A stretch of DNA of 43,481 bases, from assembly GCA_045863235.1 (NCBI GenBank), contig BTUM01000068.1:1-43481 (forward strand), given 5' to 3'. Made by a program: the position numbers and the translations under genes. Within the stretch, counting starts at the first letter, position 1. Each line of letters begins with the position of its first letter. The stretch comes from Candidatus Xenobia bacterium (GTDB lineage: Bacteria > Vulcanimicrobiota > Xenobia > Xenobiales > QWHO01). Shown here one piece after another: positions 37,252 to 43,481 of this stretch. A model generated the notes under the pieces. That model did no database searches. It was not told where the DNA came from and saw nothing but the letters and a program-made list of their open reading frames with translations.

Positions 37252-39771
37252 TCAGCCTGGCTGACTTCGACGCCGGGTCAGAGCCAGCCAGCCGGCCAGC
37301 AGCAGGGCGCTGCCCACGCTCACGGCGATTGCCTCCCCGAGCCACAACGGCTGGAAGAAGAACCGAACCTGGTGTCTTCCTGGCGGCACCAGGACGGCCC
37401 GGTGCAGGCCGGCATTGGCCCGCAGCACCTCGACCGGACTCGAGTCGAGCTCGGCCCGCCAACCCGGAAAATAGGCATCGGACAAAACCAGGATGGCGGG
37501 CGTGGCCAGTTCGGGCATCTGGATCTGAATCTGGTTGGGGAGCACGCGCACGGAAGAAGCCGCCCCCATCGGCTCGGCGCTGGCCGGGAAACCAGCCGGA
37601 GCCTGAGCCAGGAAGACCGTGCGCGCGAAGACCTGGCCGTCACGGACGATCTGGGCCAGCACATCCTGGTCGGTGGCGACCTGGGCGCCGCCGACCAGGA
37701 AAGCGCGCGGCAGAGCTCTGGAATCGGCATAAAAGTGCGCCCCGCGCACCTGCTCCCCGAGATACTGCAATTCGGAGAGCCGGGCTCGCTCGAGGGGCTT
37801 GTCCGGGCCCCGAGCGGCCAGGTAACAGGAGGTTCCCTGCAGGCGGAACAGGTTGGAAGGGGCTTCGGAAGCCAGGCGTAGCACCCGCGTGTCTGCGGGA
37901 TAGTTGTTCTGGACGCTGACAGCACGATCGAAAGACTTGAGGGTGGCCAGATCGTAGCCACCCGAGCAGGCGCGACCGGCCGGCGCCGACCAGTTGGGCG
38001 GGATCAAGATCTCGAATGGCATCCAGCGCTGGGCTCCCAGCGTGGCGCTGAAGTAGCGGGCCAGCTCGGGCTCCATGTGGAAGCGGTCTTCGGGGGCCAC
38101 CTCGAGGTAGGGGTTGGCGGCCACGGTCAGGTCCACCAGTGTCAGCAGCATCAACGGCGCCAGATTGCGAGTTACCGACCGGGCCGACAGCAGCACCACC
38201 GCCACAAAGACCAGTGAGGCGGCCAGGCCGGCCCTCAAAGTCGTGGCCACCAGCAGGGCTTCGGGCCGCTCGGGGTAGCGGTGACGGGTGGTCATGTCCA
38301 TCCACTCCTCGGGGGTGGTCAGGGAGGAAACCAGCCTGTGCCACCACTGCGAGCGGGGGTCAGCATAGAACAGGACGGTGACCAGCAGCAGCAACAACCC
38401 GAAGAAGAGCCACAGCCAGCGACGTCGACGCCCCAGAGTGAGGTCGCTCAGAGTGCTCTGGAGCCCGCTGGCGGCAAGCAAACAGAGGAAGATCAGCATG
38501 GCCGCCGTGAAGCGCGAGGGAGCCTCGAACCAGGCCACCGCGGGATCCAGCCTGGCATACCAGCTGAGGGGTTGCCCGCCCAGGGCAAGCAAGGCAAACC
38601 CGGCAGCCAGCACCGAGGCCAGCAGCCACTGACGGAGCGGCTGCAGCCAGGCCAGACCGATGCTCAGAAGAACGGGCACGCTCAGGTAGGTGCCCGCCTC
38701 CCAGCCGATCCAGCGCGTCCAGGACTGGGCGTTGAAGGTGCGCTCGAACAGGTGGGGCACCAGCAAGCTCAGGAGGTGGGCCGGGGTCGTCTGCCAGTCG
38801 GACCAGTTGACACGCTGCAGGTTGAACTGCTCCAGAGTGGCCAGTTGGGGGAGCCACTGGAAGGCGGAGAGGGCACCTGCCACGGCCAGGATCAGCAGCC
38901 AGCGGGCCAGCAGGTGGAGGGCGTCCCGACCGCGTTGCCCGGCCGCCACCCGGGCCAGCATCCCCCCGGGCGCGCACTCAGGGTCGCGATCGACCTGGAG
39001 GCAGGTCCAGGGCCGTCGCCAGCTGAGGGGCAAGACCTGGTAGCGACTGCCCAGAGCCACGGTCAGCACGGTCAGGCCCAGCAGCGCAAGCACCAGTTGG
39101 TGCACCATCTGGTATTGACCCAGCAGGGCCACCCAGGCCAGCAGAGCGCCGGTGGCAGCGCTGAAGCCGGCGCCCGACCGCCTGAGAGCCAGCAAGACCG
39201 CCAGGACAGCCCAGGGGAAGTAAGCAAAGCAGCCAAAAATGGCCAGATGACCGGCGTAGAGCTGATTGAGGCCAAATCCGCCCAATCCGAAGCCACTGGC
39301 CACGACCAGAGCCACGGCCCGACCGTGCCCCAGCCAGCGCAGGAGCACTGCCATCCCCACCACCGCCAGCCAGGCGTGCATGAGAATGTAGATCCAGATC
39401 TCTCTGGCCGTCCCGACCAGTGCCCCGATCAGCAAGGGGGGATAGCTCATGGGATGGAACCCGGTCTGCAGGGGCAGGCCGTTGAAAAGGTAGGGGTTCC
39501 AGAGCGGCCACACCCCTTGCCGCCACCAGAAGTAACAAAACTCTCGCAGGGGATACTCGAGAACCACCAGGTCGGTGCCGGAGCCGTAGAAGTACTTGCT
39601 GGTCAAGAGCAAGGGGTGGAGTACCACCGCCACCACCACGGCGCTGAACAGGGCCAGGGCCAGCCCTTCTCGCCAGGAAAGCTCACCTTGCTCGAGCAGC
39701 GCTCGCTCGAGAAGCTCTCGCCGAGAGGCTGTTTCGGCCTTCTTGGATGGGGCAGCCGGACGCTTCTTCAA
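37252..39771 (-). CDS. YfhO-family GT-C membrane glycosyltransferase
   Basis: D...YP...GVWPLWNPYLFNGLP, AFQWLP, PSRF, GGYD, ALPRAFLV, LVLSDAYFPGWRA..D...RAN...RAVLVPPGRHQVRFFFQP. TTG 39771 overlaps the upstream stop (TTGA). Confidence 0.85.
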   Translation of the reverse strand: MKKRPAAPSKKAETASRRELLERALLEQGELSWREGLALALFSAVVVAVVLHPLLLTSKYFYGSGTDLVVLEYPLREFCYFWWRQGVWPLWNPYLFNGLPLQTGFHPMSYPPLLIGALVGTAREIWIYILMHAWLAVVGMAVLLRWLGHGRAVALVVASGFGLGGFGLNQLYAGHLAIFGCFAYFPWAVLAVLLALRRSGAGFSAATGALLAWVALLGQYQMVHQLVLALLGLTVLTVALGSRYQVLPLSWRRPWTCLQVDRDPECAPGGMLARVAAGQRGRDALHLLARWLLILAVAGALSAFQWLPQLATLEQFNLQRVNWSDWQTTPAHLLSLLVPHLFERTFNAQSWTRWIGWEAGTYLSVPVLLSIGLAWLQPLRQWLLASVLAAGFALLALGGQPLSWYARLDPAVAWFEAPSRFTAAMLIFLCLLAASGLQSTLSDLTLGRRRRWLWLFFGLLLLLVTVLFYADPRSQWWHRLVSSLTTPEEWMDMTTRHRYPERPEALLVATTLRAGLAASLVFVAVVLLSARSVTRNLAPLMLLTLVDLTVAANPYLEVAPEDRFHMEPELARYFSATLGAQRWMPFEILIPPNWSAPAGRACSGGYDLATLKSFDRAVSVQNNYPADTRVLRLASEAPSNLFRLQGTSCYLAARGPDKPLERARLSELQYLGEQVRGAHFYADSRALPRAFLVGGAQVATDQDVLAQIVRDGQVFARTVFLAQAPAGFPASAEPMGAASSVRVLPNQIQIQMPELATPAILVLSDAYFPGWRAELDSSPVEVLRANAGLHRAVLVPPGRHQVRFFFQPLWLGEAIAVSVGSALLLAGWLALTRRRSQPG

Positions 39772-42700
39772 CGCAGGAAGGCTGCTTGCATCACGCAGAG
39801 CACGTAGACCGTCCAGACGACGACACCCACGACCTTCCTCAGGAAGGGGGTCTGGATCCACTGCTCCAGCTCACTCAGTCTGGTGATGTAGAGATAGAAC
39901 GCTGCCAGTCCGTTGAGGAACAAGAACCACAGATACATCTTGGTGAATTCCATGGCCTTGAGCTCGGGCCGGCCGACGATCACCGACTTGTAAAGCGGGA
40001 TGACAATCAGCGAGACGAGGATCAGGGGGCCGAGCAGGAAGCCGATGAACCACTTGCGGTTGCGATGGATCTGATCGGGTGGCGCCAGCGAGAAGATCTT
40101 GGCGACCGCTAAGGGGACCAGCCCGCTGAACAGGATGAAGACCAGACCGTCGAACTGAGCCACTCCGGCCAGCTTGCCGATGAACTCCGGAGTCAGCTTG
40201 ACGGTGGCCAGATATCCCGGTGTCTTGGACATGGCGTCCGGGCCCAGGGCTGTGCTCATGATGCTCGCGATCAGGCGGTTGCTCTGGGTGTGGACGAGGG
40301 TAAAGATGAAGAAATAGACGATCATGGGGATGGCCATGAAGGCCCGGAAGGCGTTATCGGACATCGACAGGGTGCTCGTCGGGGGCAGCATCTGCCAGAC
40401 CGGAATCTCGCGCGCCTCGTTGGCCGAGCGGATCACCACGTAGACCTTGCGCGAGCTGGGCAGGTCGGCCTCGTCGATCTGGTACTCGATGCGGCAGTGC
40501 TTGCCTTTGAAGCGCACCGGTTTGACGGTCACGCAAGGGTGGGTGCCGCGTACGGTAGCCGAGAGCACCCCGCCCCCCACGTTGACCACGTTGATGTAGC
40601 CACCGTGGATGATGCGGCCGTCCTCGGACTTGCCGGTGCCGATGAAGGAGACGTCGTGGGCCATGGCCGGCTCCTCGTCATCGGCCGGTGAGGCAAGGCC
40701 CGGGCGAGGCCTGGGGGCCTCGCCGGACGGCTGGGGCTTGGCCTCTTCAGCTTTGGGAGCCTTGCCCTGGAGCAGGTCGTCCATCGCCTGATCCAGACGC
40801 CGCCCGGGAACGCCGGTTCCGGACTCGGCCGACTCGGCTGGCAGGGGCGAAACCGTCTCGGGACGAGGGGTCGGCGGAACGGCCTCCTCTTCCTCGGGTA
40901 CGGGGGGATCGGTGCCTTTGTAGTTGGGCAGACAGACCGGGCAGCGGCGGACCACCATGCAGTAGTCGGGCGGCAACAGCTCGAGGAAGTGGTCCTTGTA
41001 GTTGACCACGATCTCCATCTTGCCGTCCTCGGAGGGTGGCTCGGCCAGGGTCTCCACCACGTTGAAGAAGACTTTGGAAGCGGTCAGCCAGTCCTTGAGC
41101 ACGGGCAGGAAGCGGCTGTTCTCGCGGATAGACCGGACTTTGTCCCAGTTGGCCTGAGTCTGAGCACAGAACTTGCCCAGGGCCTTGAGGCGGTTTTCGA
41201 CATCCAGAGTGATGGTTCGGGTGTGGGCGTCTCCCACTCCGGTGGGGAAGACCTGGCGCAGCAGCACGGCCATCGGGTCGTCCGAGGCCGAGAGAGCCTT
41301 GAGGGAGTGGAACAGGATGTGCTCGCAGCGACTGACCGACATCGGCTCTGCGGTCCAGTTGTCGGTGATCTCGGGGCCGGCCTTGCCGAGGTTCCTGGCC
41401 GCCATGCCGGCCACGCCGGCGAAGTAGCGCACCAGGTACTCCAGAGCGTCGCGCACACTCAGGCTGGTCTCCTGCGGGTCCTGGTGAGAGACGCCGTAAC
41501 TGACGCGGTTGAGGATGTGGCCCAGGTGCTCGGGGATGCTCTCGGGAATCTCGATGCCCAGCGCCGACAGGGGCGCGGGCATGGAGACCTTCATTTTCTT
41601 GGAGAGGCCCGCGAAGATGCCCGTCTTGCCAGGTGCGGGTCCGGGACCGCCCATCTTGACGATCAGGGTCTGGGGCGGAGCGGCTGCGCCCAGCATCTGG
41701 GAAGTGCCAAACTCGTCCGGCGCTCCCCCGAAGAGCAGGTCAGCGAGTTCGGGGGCGGCCTCCTTCTCCTCGGGCACGGGTGCCGGGGCCGCCTTGGCCG
41801 AGCGCAGCTTGGGCAGGCATACGGGGCACTCGCGGATCTGGATGACGAAATCGGGGTCGCACAGCTCGAGGAAGGACTCGCCATACTGTACCACGATCTC
41901 AAGGTGCCCCTCGGGGGAGGGAGGCTCGGCGAAGTGCTCGCAACCCTCGAAGTACTCCTCCGACTTCTTGAGCCAGTCGCGCAGCTCCGGCAGATAGGTG
42001 TTGATCGCTTCGGCCGCGTTGCTGCCTTCGAGGGGCTTTTCGCACCAGCCGACGAGCTCGGCGCCCCGCTTCTGGATGCGGTCGTAGAAGCCCCCCTTGA
42101 AGGCGGCCACAAGGGCGGCGTTGATGGCCTCGGAGGAGTTGATGCGGCCCAGAGCCATGACCAGGAGCTCGCGGCAGGCTCCCAGGCTGGCCCAGTTGCG
42201 CATCAACTGGCGGGCGTTCTCGGGAAGCTTGCGCTCGGCGCTCCTCCAACTCATCGATACCACGCCAGCATAGTAGCGGAGCATGAAGTCCCAGGCCGCC
42301 TGCACCTCGGCGGCGGCCTTGGAGGCGTCGATGCTCTTGAGGTCGGCGTTCAAAGCCTCGAGAATGTGGCGCAGGTGGTCGGGAGCACCCTGCGGGATGA
42401 CCACTGGCGCCTGGGAGGAGAGCGAGACTGCGGCTGGGGCTGGAGCCGGGGGAGGCGCGGCCTCCTCGACCATTTCATCGGGAGCCCCGAGCAGCAGATC
42501 CTCCTCGGAAAGCTCAACCTCCTCGAGAACGACGTCGCCCTCTTCCGGGGCGCCCATGAGCAGTTCTTCTTCTCCGACAGGCTCGTACGCCTCATCCAGA
42601 ACGCCAACCGGCTCGGGTGACGCGGCCGGCTCGAGCTCAGGCAGGGCCACCTGGTCAGCGATGGCCGGGGCGACCTCGGGCTCGGGCGCAAGCTTACCCG

Positions 42701-43481
42701 GCTGGGGGAGTGGGGGCTCGGGCTCGGCCTTCTCGGGCTTCTGAGGCTCAGACTGGACAGCCTCGTACCTGCCGGACGAACTTGGCGGCTTCACAGGCGC
42801 CTTGACCACCACTTTGGGCTGCTCGGGCTCTGCCGCCTCGCCAGATTCTGCCGGTCCAGAGTCGACCTTGGCGAACTTCCCGGAAGAGCTCGGAGGCTTG
42901 ACCGGCGCTTTGACGCCGCCGGATTTCGCCTCGAGCTTCTCAGGCTCAGATTCGCTGATCTTGGCGAACTTTCCGGATGAGCTGGGAGGCTTGACCGGAG
43001 CTTTGACGGCCCCGGAGCTGGCCTCTGTCTTCGCGGGCTTCTCAGGCTCCGGCGGGACCGCGGCCTCGGGGGCGCCGCTCGCCACCGGCTCGTCCCTCTC
43101 GGGTTCGGTCTTCTCCTGGGCCGGCCCAGGCTCAGCCTTGCTCTCGGCCTTCTCTTCGGCCTGGGACGTGGCCTCGGCCTTCGCTTCGGCCTCCTCGGGC
43201 TCAACCTGAGCCTCGGGCTGGTCGGGCACCGCCGCCTCGGCGGCCTTTTCTGGCTCCGCCGACACCGGCTCCGGCTCGGTCTTCTCTTCGGCCTTCCCGG
43301 GCTCGGTCGCCACCGGCTCCGCCTTCTCGGCCTTCTCTTCGGCCGTCTCGGGCTCGGTCGCTACCGGCTCCGCCCTCTCGGCCTTCTCTTCGGCTTTCTC
43401 GGGCTCGGTCGCTACCGGCTCCGCCCTCTCGGCCTTCTCTTCGGCCTTCTCGGGCTCGGTCGCTACCGGCTCCGCTTTCTC
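39768..43481 (-). CDS. Large membrane protein (5'-truncated): acidic repeats, duplicated ~200-aa CPVC-ending domain, Ig/BACON-like domain, C-terminal TM bundle
   Basis: The frame stays open from the window end (43481) through track ORF 39768..43313. The internal duplication is visible in the translation; VVNVGGGVLSATV...VTVKPVRF beta-sandwich pattern; about 5 C-terminal hydrophobic helices. Confidence 0.8.
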   Translation of the reverse strand, partial: EKAEPVATEPEKAEEKAERAEPVATEPEKAEEKAERAEPVATEPETAEEKAEKAEPVATEPGKAEEKTEPEPVSAEPEKAAEAAVPDQPEAQVEPEEAEAKAEATSQAEEKAESKAEPGPAQEKTEPERDEPVASGAPEAAVPPEPEKPAKTEASSGAVKAPVKPPSSSGKFAKISESEPEKLEAKSGGVKAPVKPPSSSGKFAKVDSGPAESGEAAEPEQPKVVVKAPVKPPSSSGRYEAVQSEPQKPEKAEPEPPLPQPGKLAPEPEVAPAIADQVALPELEPAASPEPVGVLDEAYEPVGEEELLMGAPEEGDVVLEEVELSEEDLLLGAPDEMVEEAAPPPAPAPAAVSLSSQAPVVIPQGAPDHLRHILEALNADLKSIDASKAAAEVQAAWDFMLRYYAGVVSMSWRSAERKLPENARQLMRNWASLGACRELLVMALGRINSSEAINAALVAAFKGGFYDRIQKRGAELVGWCEKPLEGSNAAEAINTYLPELRDWLKKSEEYFEGCEHFAEPPSPEGHLEIVVQYGESFLELCDPDFVIQIRECPVCLPKLRSAKAAPAPVPEEKEAAPELADLLFGGAPDEFGTSQMLGAAAPPQTLIVKMGGPGPAPGKTGIFAGLSKKMKVSMPAPLSALGIEIPESIPEHLGHILNRVSYGVSHQDPQETSLSVRDALEYLVRYFAGVAGMAARNLGKAGPEITDNWTAEPMSVSRCEHILFHSLKALSASDDPMAVLLRQVFPTGVGDAHTRTITLDVENRLKALGKFCAQTQANWDKVRSIRENSRFLPVLKDWLTASKVFFNVVETLAEPPSEDGKMEIVVNYKDHFLELLPPDYCMVVRRCPVCLPNYKGTDPPVPEEEEAVPPTPRPETVSPLPAESAESGTGVPGRRLDQAMDDLLQGKAPKAEEAKPQPSGEAPRPRPGLASPADDEEPAMAHDVSFIGTGKSEDGRIIHGGYINVVNVGGGVLSATVRGTHPCVTVKPVRFKGKHCRIEYQIDEADLPSSRKVYVVIRSANEAREIPVWQMLPPTSTLSMSDNAFRAFMAIPMIVYFFIFTLVHTQSNRLIASIMSTALGPDAMSKTPGYLATVKLTPEFIGKLAGVAQFDGLVFILFSGLVPLAVAKIFSLAPPDQIHRNRKWFIGFLLGPLILVSLIVIPLYKSVIVGRPELKAMEFTKMYLWFLFLNGLAAFYLYITRLSELEQWIQTPFLRKVVGVVVWTVYVLCVMQAAFLR
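43281..43481 (-). repeat. 51-bp coding tandem repeat (17 aa, AEPVATEPEKAEEKAE[RK]), about 4 copies, truncated
   Basis: gggctcggtcgc recurs at 43299, 43350, 43401 and 43452 (period 51). Confidence 0.93.

Overview
High-GC (about two-thirds G+C by eye), gene-dense bacterial chromosomal window with about 30 CDSs. I recognise no rRNA, tRNA, CRISPR array, transposase, integrase or phage gene. Both edges run into tandem repeats (63-bp unit on the left, 51-bp coding unit on the right), so this is probably a whole contig broken at repeats. Content in order: a PilC/GspF paralogue, frmA and an alpha/beta hydrolase; a HAD hydrolase and an esterase; a minus-strand operon of a giant TPR protein, a wHTH/PD-(D/E)xK-like plus 2x Roadblock fusion and a stand-alone Roadblock; a secreted stalk protein, an orphan ABC binding protein, PrsW, DUF58 and a transglutaminase; an XRE regulator; a GT2 / BshB1-like / BshC-like operon without BshA; fadD and a second PilC; a leucine-catabolism (MCC/HMG-CoA lyase) operon; a lipoprotein; an IPT/TIG secreted protein; a pilV/W/X-like minor pilin cluster; DUF2723/TMEM260-like and YfhO-like GT-C glycosyltransferases; and a large partial membrane protein with a duplicated CPVC-ending domain. 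The best candidates for undescribed systems are the GTPase-less TPR/Roadblock/nuclease-fold operon, the BshA-less GT2-deacetylase-ligase operon, and a possible pilin/IPT O-glycosylation locus. All family calls come from motif recognition by eye; no searches were run. The gene mix is reminiscent of Candidatus Eremiobacterota (Xenobia), but that is a weak inference.
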